Shown piece by piece: positions 28,890 to 38,864 of a stretch of 64,000 bases of DNA. Under the pieces are notes generated by a model. That model was given only the letters and a program-made list of their open reading frames with translations, did not search any database and was not told where the DNA came from. A program made the position numbers and the translations under genes. Every line of letters starts with the position of its first letter. The stretch's first letter is position 1. This DNA is from Spirochaetia bacterium (GTDB lineage Bacteria; Spirochaetota; Spirochaetia; SZUA-6; Bin103): contig CBDBOV010000001.1 of NCBI GenBank assembly GCA_965208575.1, positions 416,001 to 480,000 of the forward strand, written 5' to 3'.

Positions 28890-30945
28890 CCTAGTTATTT
28901 CGGGTGGCTGGTAGTTTGAGTGGATAAGTCATTTTAGGATAGCAAGTTACTCGCTATCCTGTCGGACGGGGCTTGTATACACTGACCGTGGTGCTGTCAG
29001 GGATGGGCGTGTCGGTATACGTCAAGTAGGCGGCACAGTTTGTCTTGCAGGGACGACCGTTCAGAGAGCACGTATTGAGCCCGGTAGCGCCCTCTGGTGG
29101 CCGGCTCAGGCGCGGCGTAGAGGTTGACCACTTCGGTCACGCCGCTGAGTTCCGTCAGTAGTTGCTCGATGGTAAGGAGTTGTCCGCCGTCGGCCGCCTT
29201 GCGTTGCAGCAGCGAACTCAGCAGCAGTGCCAACACACAATAGAACACGTGTACGCGCAGCTTCTGATCGGTCCAGTGGAAGGTCGGCGAGAAGCTCACC
29301 CAGTGGGGATTCTTCATCTGCTTGAACGCCCGCTCCACGTGATGTTGAGCGCGGCTGGCCAAGATGATCTCCTGGTCGCTCCACGACTCGTTGTCGGTGC
29401 ACAGGATGCGTTTGCCCAAGCGCCGGCGTTGCAAGCGCTGGTACGCTGCCCAATCGGTGCGAAATCGAAAACTGAGCACGCCGTCGGATTCGCTGATCTG
29501 AACCTTGAGAATCTGCTTTACGTACTGACCCGAGGTGATCGTGTCGAAATGCTTCTGCAAGGATGCTCTGCTGTAGCCTTTGCCCTTTGCTCCCGGTAGC
29601 TGGCTGCGCGCCAGCTTGCTGCGCAAGGCGCGCAACGCAGCGCGCTTCTTGCGCAACGCGTGGTTGATCCCAGCCAGCTGCCCGTCCAGCAACCGGCGAC
29701 TGTTGGTGACCACCACGGTGCGGCGCTCACCCCAGATCACCTTGTCGCTGCGGTAAGCGGTCACCCCGGCCAGCCGTGGGTCAGTGAAGGAGTGAAACCT
29801 GCCGGCGGGAACCGCCAGCAGATCCTCGTGCTGAGTCACGGTCAAGGAGGTGACGAAATGGTATGGGCCGGCTTGCAGCGCCTCGATATTCGCTCTCGAG
29901 GTGTTGCCGCCATCGAACACCAGCGTGACATCTTCGCAGTCCTGGGCCAACTGCTTGCAGCGGCTGATCAGCGTCTCGATCAAGCTCGAGAACATCGCGG
30001 CGTCATTCTGATTTCCCGGATACGGGTGTGAGAGCAGCGGAATGTGGTAGTCGCAGCTTACCAGGAGTGCCAAGCCCAGGATCCGCAGATCGGCGCGTTT
30101 GCTTTTCGCGTGGCCACGTTGTGCCAGTGCACTGACGGTGCGACTGTCGATGAACGTATCGAAGTTGGTCGCATCGAAGATGAGCGGTCGCAGATCGATC
30201 CGGTAGTGGTCGATCACCCGCTGCGCCAGTTGTTGCTCAATCGCGCCGATGGCAGCGCTGTCGAGCATGTTCATGTGATCCCAGAATCGCTGACTGGCGA
30301 GCGAGCGCTGTGCAGCGGGGAGCAGCCGATTCAACACCGTGCGTCGATACCACTGGTACAGAGAAGCCTTGCTGGAGGCGGCCACACAACGGTTCAGCGC
30401 CGCCACCAGCAGATACTGTCCGCAGGACAGTCCTTGGTCTCGCTTGGGGACCTGGGTATCGATAAGGCCCACCACATCCAACTCTTGGGCGATCTGCCAG
30501 AGCGCGGCCAACGCACCGAACTGAATGACCTTCGCCTTTGCCGGTCGGGTGGGAGCCTCACGGAGGCGCTGGAGCAACTTCTCTGCGCTGCCGAGATGTT
30601 CGAGGACGATGGGACGTGGTTTGCCGTTGACGCGTCTGGACTCGACGATCTGCCAGTAGGTGTGCCCGCGGGAGACCTTTTTCTGGAGGGTGGCCACTGC
30701 AATCAGTGTATACACTTAGTACGGAGACAGTCAAGGAGAACCGGCATGAGTGGGTCGGAAGGATCGAAGAGGGGATACTTCGAGTAGTATTGAGGAAGCT
30801 GTCCGGCACGGCGCTCGATATATTCAGTGTATACACTGATCCTCTCAAGAGGAGAGTCCACTTCCGTGAACCTATCTTGTTTCATGGTAACAACTTATCT
30901 GGATGAACCAGAGAATCCCGCGGTCAAATCAACGGGATAAGTAGG
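28890..30945 (-). mobile_element. IS1634-family insertion sequence (~2.06 kb)
   Basis: Imperfect TIR CCTAGTTATTTCG (28890) versus reverse complement CCTACTTATCCCG (30945); single large transposase; lower GC; no clear target duplication. Confidence 0.75.
28997..30697 (-). CDS. IS1634-family DDE transposase (start GTG 30697 or 30715)
   Basis: TYWQIVESRRVNGKPR N-terminus; FDATNF, VFDGG, VERAFKQMK (DDE); HWTDQKLRVHVFYCVLAL. Confidence 0.9.
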   Translation of the reverse strand: MATLQKKVSRGHTYWQIVESRRVNGKPRPIVLEHLGSAEKLLQRLREAPTRPAKAKVIQFGALAALWQIAQELDVVGLIDTQVPKRDQGLSCGQYLLVAALNRCVAASSKASLYQWYRRTVLNRLLPAAQRSLASQRFWDHMNMLDSAAIGAIEQQLAQRVIDHYRIDLRPLIFDATNFDTFIDSRTVSALAQRGHAKSKRADLRILGLALLVSCDYHIPLLSHPYPGNQNDAAMFSSLIETLISRCKQLAQDCEDVTLVFDGGNTSRANIEALQAGPYHFVTSLTVTQHEDLLAVPAGRFHSFTDPRLAGVTAYRSDKVIWGERRTVVVTNSRRLLDGQLAGINHALRKKRAALRALRSKLARSQLPGAKGKGYSRASLQKHFDTITSGQYVKQILKVQISESDGVLSFRFRTDWAAYQRLQRRRLGKRILCTDNESWSDQEIILASRAQHHVERAFKQMKNPHWVSFSPTFHWTDQKLRVHVFYCVLALLLSSLLQRKAADGGQLLTIEQLLTELSGVTEVVNLYAAPEPATRGRYRAQYVLSERSSLQDKLCRLLDVYRHAHP

Positions 30946-30960
30946 AAGGTCAGGCTAGAT

Positions 30961-32867
30961 GAGCCAATTGCGCTGTAGCGGTTTTTTGGGCCGTTGAGCA
31001 GCCGGTCACACCAGAGAGCACGCGCCCGGGACGTTGACGGCGTCGCTGACGCTCGCCCGGCGCCGAATGACGGCTCTATCGAGTGTGCTGAGTGGGGTCC
31101 GCGAGGTGGGATCAAGCCTCATCCGTGGCTCAATGCACAGATCGGGACAGACCGGTCTCGCTGAGGAGCCGGTGGGATTGGGTTTCTTGGTGACCGGCGA
31201 GTGGCCGTCGGTCAGGCGGGTTTGACCAGACTCCGCAGGTTCTCTGGTTGGCCGGCGCGGATGCGCCCCACGGCCATCGCCAGCATGATCGTCAGCGCCA
31301 TGGTGACGCGCAGCTGCATCTTCGCCAGCCCGCGGATGCCCGGTCGCTCGAACCCGAAGCCGCCGGCCAACCGGCTGTTGACCCGCTCCACGGCACCGCG
31401 CTGGTCGTAGAAGTCCTGCCACCGGTAGCTGGACCGCGCCACCGGCGTGAACACGCGCCGATCCTCGGCCAGCGGGATGCGCACCGCGTCGCTCACCGGG
31501 CACCGATCCATGCCCTTGCAGGTGACCCCCGAGTAGCGCGCCGGACAGCGATACTTGAGCGACTCGCGAGCCTGCTCGAAGCCGCCGTAGGCCATGCGGT
31601 GCAGTTCACCGGTCCGCGGGCACATGCAGGATACCTGGCCGTCGTGGGTATAGATCACGTTCTCCTGACCGCTCACCCGCTTGGTGAGGACGCCATCCTG
31701 CTCCGCCTCTCCGTCCTTCCAGCAGTTTCGAATGTCGATGACCGGCTTGATCTGATGCTGTTGCCACAGCCGATTGATCAGCTTTTGGTCGTCGTAGCCC
31801 TTGTCGGCGCTCAGGCGATCGCACCGTTGCAGCAGCTCGGGATGACGATCCTGCATCTGATCAAGCAGTCGCTGTGCCTGCGGCTGCTCACCGGTCGACG
31901 CCTTGGTGACCTCGAACGCCAGCGGCACCTCGTAGGTGGCGTCCACGACCAAGTGCAACAGGTAGCCGAACCAGTAGTGTTTCTTCTTGCCTTTCTTCTC
32001 GCCCTTCTCGCCCTTCTTCTCGCCGGAACCCTTGACGCCCCAATCGGCATCGCGGTCGCGGCGCCCGTCGGTGTCTTCCTTGTTATCCTTCGGCACCGGA
32101 TAGCTGCTCGGACCGTTGGCCAGGGAGTGCAGCTCCTTGCCGTCCAGCGCCTGTACCTGGCCCAGGTCCGGCAGCTCAATCCGGAGTTCGTCGAGGGTGC
32201 TGTGGAACAGCTCATCGATCTGCCCCTGATGCTTGCGCAGCCGGCGCTGGAAGCGGGTATAGGCGTATTCGCTGGGCACCGCCCGTGCGCCGTCGAACGG
32301 GTCGAACCCGCACAGGTCTCGCAACTGCGCGTTGCGCAGCAACTCGCGCCGCAAGGCGGCGATGCTGGGATGCTGGAACACGAAGCCGGCGATCAGCGAG
32401 TTCCACATCGGGCGCACCGGATAATCGTTGCGACCGCGACCGCGACCGGCTTCCAGCAGTTGCATCAGCGGCTCGTCGGGGAGCGCGTCGAGCACCAGCG
32501 TCAGGCGTTCGAGATCACCCAACTGGTCGACGCTGTCCCAGCGGAACAGAAACGGATGTGGTATAGTGGCCATCGGCGGTTCTCCTGTTGTGAATTACTG
32601 TTCACTTGCCACTATGGCGAGTTACAGGAGAACCGTCAATTATTTTGTAGACAAACAGTTGCGATGTATCATCGGGGCCTTGACCGGCGCTCCCGACGCG
32701 CGTACAGGGGATCAGCAGGTCGTGGGGTAAGAAATACCTCCCCCTGGTTTCTGATCGCCTGCATCGGGCTTGCAGCAAGCGCAATTGCCTCGGTCACGGG
32801 GTAAAGAAAAAATCGCCCACTTCTATCTCGCTGCCCGCTTGGAACTTACCGACAGCGCAATTGGCTC
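30961..32867 (-). mobile_element. Insertion sequence (ISNCY ISDol1-like or IS1182-like), 1907 bp
   Basis: Perfect 16-bp TIR GAGCCAATTGCGCTGT (30961-30976) / ACAGCGCAATTGGCTC (32852-32867); 6-bp target duplication CTAGAT at 30955-30960 and 32868-32873. Confidence 0.92.
31212..32573 (-). CDS. DDE transposase with DUF772-like N-terminal domain
   Basis: GRNDYPVRPMW, ALDGKEL, WFGYLLHLVVD, SADKGYD, RGAVERVNSRL. Confidence 0.92.
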   Translation of the reverse strand: MATIPHPFLFRWDSVDQLGDLERLTLVLDALPDEPLMQLLEAGRGRGRNDYPVRPMWNSLIAGFVFQHPSIAALRRELLRNAQLRDLCGFDPFDGARAVPSEYAYTRFQRRLRKHQGQIDELFHSTLDELRIELPDLGQVQALDGKELHSLANGPSSYPVPKDNKEDTDGRRDRDADWGVKGSGEKKGEKGEKKGKKKHYWFGYLLHLVVDATYEVPLAFEVTKASTGEQPQAQRLLDQMQDRHPELLQRCDRLSADKGYDDQKLINRLWQQHQIKPVIDIRNCWKDGEAEQDGVLTKRVSGQENVIYTHDGQVSCMCPRTGELHRMAYGGFEQARESLKYRCPARYSGVTCKGMDRCPVSDAVRIPLAEDRRVFTPVARSSYRWQDFYDQRGAVERVNSRLAGGFGFERPGIRGLAKMQLRVTMALTIMLAMAVGRIRAGQPENLRSLVKPA

Positions 32868-33668
32868 CTAGATCTGGCAGTCTTGGTGGTGCCGGCGCAG
32901 CCAGGCCTGGTGGATACGGAAGTCGGGCACCACGCACTCCACCAGGTTCCAGAACCGGGACGAGTGATTGAGCTCCACGAGGTGGGCCAGTTCGTGCACC
33001 AGCACGTACTCGAACACCTCCGGCGGAGCGAGCAGCAGGCGGGTGGCGATGCTGATGTTGCCGCGCGCCGAGCAACTCCCCCAGCGGCTGCGCGCATACC
33101 GGTAACGGACGGTGCCGAGCGGACGGCGAAAGTAGGTGTCGTTGAGATCCTCCACCTGCCCGCGCAGCTCCGGCTCCTTGGCCAGCGCCAGGCCGCGGCT
33201 CACCAGGCGCGGCAGCGCGTGGTCGCGCTGCGCCTCGGATTGGCCGGCCGCCAGGATCAGGCGCAGCGTCCGGCATCCGGTCATGTCCACCCGGCCGAGA
33301 CGAACCGCGTTGGTAGCGCGGTCGGCATGTTCCAGGTGCAGGCGGAACTCGCTGCCGGCGATGCTGAGCCGCTGATCGTGGCGATAACTGCGCGGCGGCC
33401 GGATGCGGAATCGGGCCGGGTCGCGCGTGATGGTGCGCGCGGCCCAGTGCAGCAGCGAGGTCACCTGCCGGTCGCACCACGTGATCGACTCCCCCACCGG
33501 GAGGCGAATCAGCACGCCGCGGCGTCCGATGGTGGCGCGCGCGTCGCGGCGCCGCTCGTGGCTCACGATGACCGGAAAGGTGAGGCCGCCGATCCGCAAC
33601 TCGGCCCGCGTCTCCGCGGGCGGCCTGAGGCGCACGCGCGGCACGTCGAACGTGTCCAGGTTGGTCAA
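32868..33668 (-). CDS. M48/YgjP (DUF45) zinc metallohydrolase
   Basis: SRWGSCS, YVLVHELAHLVELNHSSRFW (HExxH); TTG start overlapping the fabF stop (TTGA). Confidence 0.88.
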   Translation of the reverse strand: MTNLDTFDVPRVRLRPPAETRAELRIGGLTFPVIVSHERRRDARATIGRRGVLIRLPVGESITWCDRQVTSLLHWAARTITRDPARFRIRPPRSYRHDQRLSIAGSEFRLHLEHADRATNAVRLGRVDMTGCRTLRLILAAGQSEAQRDHALPRLVSRGLALAKEPELRGQVEDLNDTYFRRPLGTVRYRYARSRWGSCSARGNISIATRLLLAPPEVFEYVLVHELAHLVELNHSSRFWNLVECVVPDFRIHQAWLRRHHQDCQI

Positions 33669-34915
33669 CCGCCGGCGCGCTTCAGGGAAATGACCCCGTT
33701 GTGGCCTCCGAACCCGAAACTGTTGGACAGCGCGGCGCGCATCGGAGCGGCCACGCCTCGCTGCGGGACGTAGTCCAGGTCGCACGCCGGATCCGGCTCT
33801 TCCAGGTTGGCGGTCGGCGGGTAGAACTGCTCGTGCAGCGCCTTGATGGTGACCACCGCTTCCACGCCGCCGGACCCGCCGAGCAGGTGGCCGACCATCG
33901 ACTTGGTGGACGACACCCTGAGCCGATACGCGTGCTCGCCGAACACCCCCTTGATGGCGGCGGTCTCGATCGGATCGTTCAGCGGCGTGGAAGTCCCGTG
34001 GGCGTTCACGTAGTCCACCTCGTGCGGCTCCAGTCCGCCGGTGCGCATTGCCATCCGCATCGCCGACTGGGCGCCGAGACCCTCGGGGTGCGGGGCGGTG
34101 AGGTGGTGCGCGTCGCAGGTAGCGCCGTAGCCGGCCAGTTCGGCGTATGCCGGCGCACCGCGCGCGGCCGCGTGGTCGGCGGATTCGATCACCAGCACGC
34201 CGGCGCCCTCGGCGAGCACGAAGCCGCTGCGGTCCTTGTCGAACGGGCGGCTGGCCCGCGCCGGGGTGTCGTTGAAGCTGGTGGTGAGGGCCTGCAGGTT
34301 GCCGAAGCCGGCGAAGCAGATGGGCGACAGCAACGCCTCGGCGCCGCCGGTAATCATCACGTCGCACAAGCCGGCGCGGATGCAGCGCAGCGCCCGGCCG
34401 ATGGCGTCGGTTGCCGAGGTGCAGGCGGAGGCGATCACCAGGCTCGGTCCGGTGATGCCGAACTTGATCGCGAGCTGCCCGACCGGGCTGTTGGCCATCA
34501 TCTTGGGTATGAACAATGGCTCCACGCCGGCCGGCGCGCGACTGTTCAGTTTGTCCCAGGCGTTTTCGAACGCCTGCACGCCGCCGAAGCCGACGCCGAG
34601 CATGATGCCGGTGCGCTCTGCCGCCAGCGCCGCCGTGCCGTCCAGGCCGGCGTCGTGCAGCGCCTGTATCGAAGCGATCATGGCATACACCGTGAACAGG
34701 TCCATGCGGCGCGCCTCGCGGCGGTCGAGGTAGTCGTGCACCGGCAGGTCATGCACCTCGCTCGCTACCTTGGCGGCGTGTCCGTCCGCCTCGAACTTGG
34801 TCAGCGGACCGATTCCGACGATGCCGTCGCGCGCCGACTGCCAAGTGTCGGCCGCGGTGTTGCCCAGGGAGCTCACCGCTCCCAGCCCGGTGACTACGAC
34901 GCGGGTCTGATCCAT
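33665..34915 (-). CDS. fabF: Beta-ketoacyl-ACP synthase II
   Basis: RVVVTGLG, ASACTS (catalytic Cys), NAHGTST, KSMVGHLLG, NSFGFGG. Confidence 0.95.
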   Translation of the reverse strand: MDQTRVVVTGLGAVSSLGNTAADTWQSARDGIVGIGPLTKFEADGHAAKVASEVHDLPVHDYLDRREARRMDLFTVYAMIASIQALHDAGLDGTAALAAERTGIMLGVGFGGVQAFENAWDKLNSRAPAGVEPLFIPKMMANSPVGQLAIKFGITGPSLVIASACTSATDAIGRALRCIRAGLCDVMITGGAEALLSPICFAGFGNLQALTTSFNDTPARASRPFDKDRSGFVLAEGAGVLVIESADHAAARGAPAYAELAGYGATCDAHHLTAPHPEGLGAQSAMRMAMRTGGLEPHEVDYVNAHGTSTPLNDPIETAAIKGVFGEHAYRLRVSSTKSMVGHLLGGSGGVEAVVTIKALHEQFYPPTANLEEPDPACDLDYVPQRGVAAPMRAALSNSFGFGGHNGVISLKRAGG

Positions 34916-35000
34916 CGCGACATCCTGCGCTAAGGGTGGCGGTCAGGGGGCACGGCCGTCAAGACCGGTGGCCCACTTCATCGCGCGGCTCGGGCAGTCT

Positions 35001-36203
35001 TCATGTACTGGCGAAGTCCGCGTGCGGCGCCAGGTGGGTGATTCTGGATGCGGTGTCATGTATCTGCCCGATTTCCGCCGCCACGCCCGCGACTTCCTCT
35101 TCGCCGAGTGCCACCTCCAGCATGATCTGCGCCTCGTGGCGGGCCGCCGGGTCCAGGCTGATCACGCGCCCGGCGGCGCGTTCGACCGCCCGCGTGTTGG
35201 GATAGTCGGTGGCCGGCTCGATGCCGATCACGTACCCCTGCCCGGTGGCGGCGGTATTCTTCCACAGCGTCAGGCACGGAAGCTGCCGGCAGTCGAACCG
35301 CACCACCGCGGCACGGCGGTGATCGGCGGTGATGAGTGCGGCCAGCGAGGCGCCGTCACCCGGCAGGGCGGCCGGGCGGAAGAAGTAGCACTGTTCGACG
35401 TAGCCGGCGGTGGGCGCCAGGCACGTGGTGGCGCGGGCACTCGCGGTGTCCGGGTCGTCGCCGAGGCCGTCGGCGGCGCGCTCGTCGCGCGGCGCCATGC
35501 CATGGTAGGGCACGGCTACGCGGCTGCCCTCGGCCAGGAACGGCGGGCCGAAGTTGCAGTGGTAGAGCAGTTCCAGCTCGGCCGGGACAGCTCCGCGGTT
35601 GATGACGGTGTCGGCGACGGTGATGCGCGACGAGCCGGGCGTCACCGAAATGGTGGTCTGCAGCTCCAGCAGGGGGTGGAACAGCGCGCTCTCGGCGACG
35701 TGGCCGGTAATCTGCAGCACTTCCTGCGCCGGGTCCGCGGTCACCGCAACGTAGTGCGCGGGCGTGTTGGCGATCCTGCCGTGCAGGTCGAGCGCGACGG
35801 TAATCGGGTTGCCGTTGTTGTCCAGCACCGTGTCCGGGCCCGGCGCGCCGTTGCTGTCCAGGCCGCAGCGCACCATCCACTCGTCGAAGCCGCGCAGCCA
35901 GCCCAGCCCGCCGCGCTCGCCGGAGACCACGTAGGAGGGGTGCACCGGGCCGCGCACCGGGGCCTGCCAGCCAAGGTCCAGGCCGCGGAACGAGCCGCGC
36001 CAGAGCCCCATGCCGCGGGTCGGGAGGATCGCGAAGACCAACGCCCCGCAGGTTACCTGCACCAGGTCGACGCCGTCGCTCAACCCGCCGCGCAGGCGGC
36101 GCTTGGTGATCCGGCAATCGGGCAGGCCCAGCTCCGCCGGCCCGAGGTCCAGTGTCTCCACCCACACGCCCGCGGCGTGGTCGCACAGGGTCCATTGTCT
36201 CAT
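35001..36203 (-). CDS. DUF4432 / aldose 1-epimerase-like protein
   Basis: LPTRGMGLW, GWLRGFDEWMVRCGL, LHGRIAN, LYHCNFG, YVIGIEPAT. Confidence 0.88.
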   Translation of the reverse strand: MRQWTLCDHAAGVWVETLDLGPAELGLPDCRITKRRLRGGLSDGVDLVQVTCGALVFAILPTRGMGLWRGSFRGLDLGWQAPVRGPVHPSYVVSGERGGLGWLRGFDEWMVRCGLDSNGAPGPDTVLDNNGNPITVALDLHGRIANTPAHYVAVTADPAQEVLQITGHVAESALFHPLLELQTTISVTPGSSRITVADTVINRGAVPAELELLYHCNFGPPFLAEGSRVAVPYHGMAPRDERAADGLGDDPDTASARATTCLAPTAGYVEQCYFFRPAALPGDGASLAALITADHRRAAVVRFDCRQLPCLTLWKNTAATGQGYVIGIEPATDYPNTRAVERAAGRVISLDPAARHEAQIMLEVALGEEEVAGVAAEIGQIHDTASRITHLAPHADFAST

Positions 36204-36251
36204 CGGGTCCACCCTCCCATGACCGACAGGACTGTAGATGACTCGCGCGCA

Positions 36252-36320
36252 ACCGGCAATCGCCGAAGTACCGGCAGTACCGGCAGAACCGGCAATACCG
36301 GCAGGGTCGGCAGGCACCGG
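36252..36320. repeat. Degenerate 9-bp tandem repeat (consensus ACCGGCAGT/A), about 7 units, intergenic
   Basis: accggcaat cgccgaagt accggcagt accggcaga accggcaat accggcagg gtcggcagg. Confidence 0.75.
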
Positions 36321-36468
36321 GTTACATCCGGTAATCAGTCAGATTGTCCGATCTGTATGCTGCGGCATACCAGGCGTACTCGTAGGGCTTTATTGCCGGT
36401 TCGCTATTTCGGTAAGGTGCCCGCGGCGGGCGCAGCGGCGTTTGCGCACCGCTGCAAGGAGGAACGGA

Positions 36469-37467
36469 TTGGCTATTCGAGCAGGCATTCTCGGCTGCGG
36501 GCGCATGTCGCGCCGCCACGCAAAGCGCATCCTGGAACATCCCGATGCCGAGCTGGCGGCGCTGTGCGACGTCGAAACCGGTCTCATCGAGCGTTGGGTC
36601 GAGGAGAACCTGTCGGAGTCGCTGGCCGGCTCCCCGGCGCCGCCGGCCTACGCGGATGCGGCGGCCATGTACCGGGAGGCTTCTCTCGACGCGGTGGTGA
36701 TCTCGACTCCGCACACCGCCCACTTCGAGCACGGCAAGCAGGCGATCGCGGCCGGCTGCCACGTGTTCATGGAGAAGCCGATGGTGACCGACACCGCTCA
36801 GGCGCGCGAGCTGGAGCGGCTGGTGAATGCATCGGGCCGCATCCTGGTAGTCGGCTACAACACGCCGAGCACGCCGGCGTTCCGCTACCTGCGCGAGGTG
36901 GTGCGCGCCGGCACCCTCGGCAAGCTGGAGCTGGTGGATGGCTTCCTGTCGCAGGGCTGGCGCGCCAGCACCACCGGCACCTGGCGGCAGGACCCGGCGC
37001 TGTCGGGCGGCGGCCAGGCCTACGACAGCGGCTCGCACCTGCTCAACAGCGTGGTGTGGACGGTCGAGTCCTCCCCGGAGCGGGTGTTCGCGTTCATGGA
37101 CAACCAGGGCACCCCGGTGGACATCAACAGCGTGCTCGCGGTGCGTTTCGCCAACGGCGTGATGGCGAGCATCACGGTCAGCGGCAACTGCGCGGCCGCC
37201 GGCGCGGGGCTGGTGTTCATCTTCGAGAACGGCCGTGTCGAGATCGACGGCTGGACCGGCTCCTGGATCCGCGTCTACGGCGCCGACGGCGAAATCGAAC
37301 CCGAGTTGCCCGGCGGTGCGGCGGCGCCCATCGTCAGCTTCATCGATGCGGTGCTCGGACGCGCCGAGCCGGCGTCGAGCCCGCGCAACGGGGTCATCTA
37401 CAGCGAGCTGATGGACGCCGTGTACGCTTCAGCGGCGAGCGGCGCCGCGGCCTCGCCACCGAGTTGA
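36469..37467 (+). CDS. Gfo/Idh/MocA family oxidoreductase
   Basis: AAGGAGG RBS before TTG 36469; GILGCGRM, HVFMEKPM, WRQDPALSGGGQAYDSGSH. Confidence 0.92.
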   Translation: MAIRAGILGCGRMSRRHAKRILEHPDAELAALCDVETGLIERWVEENLSESLAGSPAPPAYADAAAMYREASLDAVVISTPHTAHFEHGKQAIAAGCHVFMEKPMVTDTAQARELERLVNASGRILVVGYNTPSTPAFRYLREVVRAGTLGKLELVDGFLSQGWRASTTGTWRQDPALSGGGQAYDSGSHLLNSVVWTVESSPERVFAFMDNQGTPVDINSVLAVRFANGVMASITVSGNCAAAGAGLVFIFENGRVEIDGWTGSWIRVYGADGEIEPELPGGAAAPIVSFIDAVLGRAEPASSPRNGVIYSELMDAVYASAASGAAASPPS

Positions 37468-37468
37468 T

Positions 37469-38287
37469 TCAGCAGGCCGGTTGCGGCGGCTCGCGCCTCG
37501 TGGCATCGCGTGGCGCGCCGCCGGCTGCACGCGAGGTGCGCCGCCGGCTGCCACCTCCGGCTGCCAGGTAGCGGCTCCGCTGGTCGGGCGGGAACTTCTC
37601 GATGGCGCAGCGCAACATGGTGCGCGGCATCGTGGCGCCGTGAGCGTCCAGGAACGCCAGTTCCCTGTCCAGGTCGCGCTTGCCCACCTCGCGCAGCATC
37701 CACCCCACCGCCTTGTGGATCAGGTCATGCTCGTGGTGCAGCAGGACCTCGGCGATCGCCAGCGCCGAGGCGAACCGGTCCGCCTTGATCAGCGGCAGCG
37801 TGGCCAGCATGGCGACGCGTTGCCGCCACAGGTCGCCGCTGGCGGCCAGCCAGTGGAGGACCTGGTGCGCGGCCGGTGGTTGATCGAGCAGCCAGGTGCC
37901 GAGAATCCTGGGCGCCGAGAGATCGACCAGGTCCCAGTTGTTCACCGCGGAGAGCTGGTCCAGGTAGAAACCCACGATCGCCGCGCGACCCGCCCAGTCG
38001 GCCTTGGCAAACTGCTGCACCAGGATCAGCAGCGCGGTGAGGCGCGCCTCGTGGAAGGGGTTGGCCAGCAGTTCGGCGATCGCGGTCCAATGGAGGCTGG
38101 CGAAGCGCCGCGCCACCCGCCGCTGCAGCGGTACGGTCACGCCCAGGAAACGGTCGCCCTCGCCATACTCGCCCGGGCCGGTGCGGAAGAAGCGTGGCAG
38201 GAAGCGCGCCTTCTCCGGGTCGATCAACTCCTCCAGGGCAGTGACGACCGTTGCCGCGTCAGCAGGGGCGGGTTGCGCCTCAGCCAC
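37469..38287 (-). CDS. DNA alkylation repair protein (AlkD-like)
   Basis: FFRTGPGEYGEGDRFLGV, VNNWDLVD, DLIHKAVGWMLREVGKRD, MPRTMLR. Confidence 0.9.
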   Translation of the reverse strand: MAEAQPAPADAATVVTALEELIDPEKARFLPRFFRTGPGEYGEGDRFLGVTVPLQRRVARRFASLHWTAIAELLANPFHEARLTALLILVQQFAKADWAGRAAIVGFYLDQLSAVNNWDLVDLSAPRILGTWLLDQPPAAHQVLHWLAASGDLWRQRVAMLATLPLIKADRFASALAIAEVLLHHEHDLIHKAVGWMLREVGKRDLDRELAFLDAHGATMPRTMLRCAIEKFPPDQRSRYLAAGGGSRRRTSRAAGGAPRDATRREPPQPAC

Positions 38288-38846
38288 CGGTGGAAGTCGG
38301 GTCTTCGCCCGCCGCCTCCGGCGGGTCGGCGAGCCGGCGCAGCCACAACCGTACCAGGCTCACCAGGATGATGGCGGCGGCGGCCGCGGCGGCCGCTGCC
38401 AGCACGAACAACATCGTGCGATCGGCGTCTGCAACGCGCGGCGCAAGATTCACCGCCAGCAGGGCCACCAGGTAGGCGCCGGCGGCGCCGAGCCCGCAAC
38501 TGCGTACCAGGTGGCGCCAGCGGGAGGCGTACTCCGCGAAGCGCACGGCGCGCCCGAACAGGGCCACCCAGTCGTAGCCCAGCTCCAGGAGCAGAAACAC
38601 GGCGATGCCGACGCCGAGCGCGCCCCAGAAGTCGGGGCCGCGCCCCGCCGCCAGCACCGCTCCCCAGTAGGCCGGCAGCAGCAGCGCCGCGCCGGCCGCC
38701 AGCAGGCGATAACGGCGCAGCGCCGCGCCGGCCAGAGCGCCCGCGACCGCCGCGGTCACCAGTACGGCAACCCCGCCGGAGGTATCGATGCTCAGCACGT
38801 ACAGCGCCACCAGCAGCGGCAGGGCCAGCACCAGGCCGCGAATCAT
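38280..38846 (-). CDS. Hypothetical integral membrane protein
   Basis: About 6 hydrophobic segments; co-directional with the DUF58/DUF4129 genes. Confidence 0.65.
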   Translation of the reverse strand: MIRGLVLALPLLVALYVLSIDTSGGVAVLVTAAVAGALAGAALRRYRLLAAGAALLLPAYWGAVLAAGRGPDFWGALGVGIAVFLLLELGYDWVALFGRAVRFAEYASRWRHLVRSCGLGAAGAYLVALLAVNLAPRVADADRTMLFVLAAAAAAAAAIILVSLVRLWLRRLADPPEAAGEDPTSTGG

Positions 38847-38864
38847 CGCAACACCGCCCGTTCG

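Noticed and set aside
31980-32030. GEKK-type short repeats in the transposase (similar 9-12 bp repeats at the dppF and PPIase N-termini)
   Set aside because: Small in-frame slippage in low-complexity linkers; no sign of function
30961-32867. Long non-coding IS ends as a bridge-RNA or omegaRNA locus
   Set aside because: The transposase is DDE-type with TIRs and a target duplication, not IS110/IS1111 or TnpB/IscB; no convincing RNA structure seen
33665-34915. Type II PKS cluster
   Set aside because: A single FabF with canonical Cys-His-His and no ACP, chain-length factor or tailoring genes nearby
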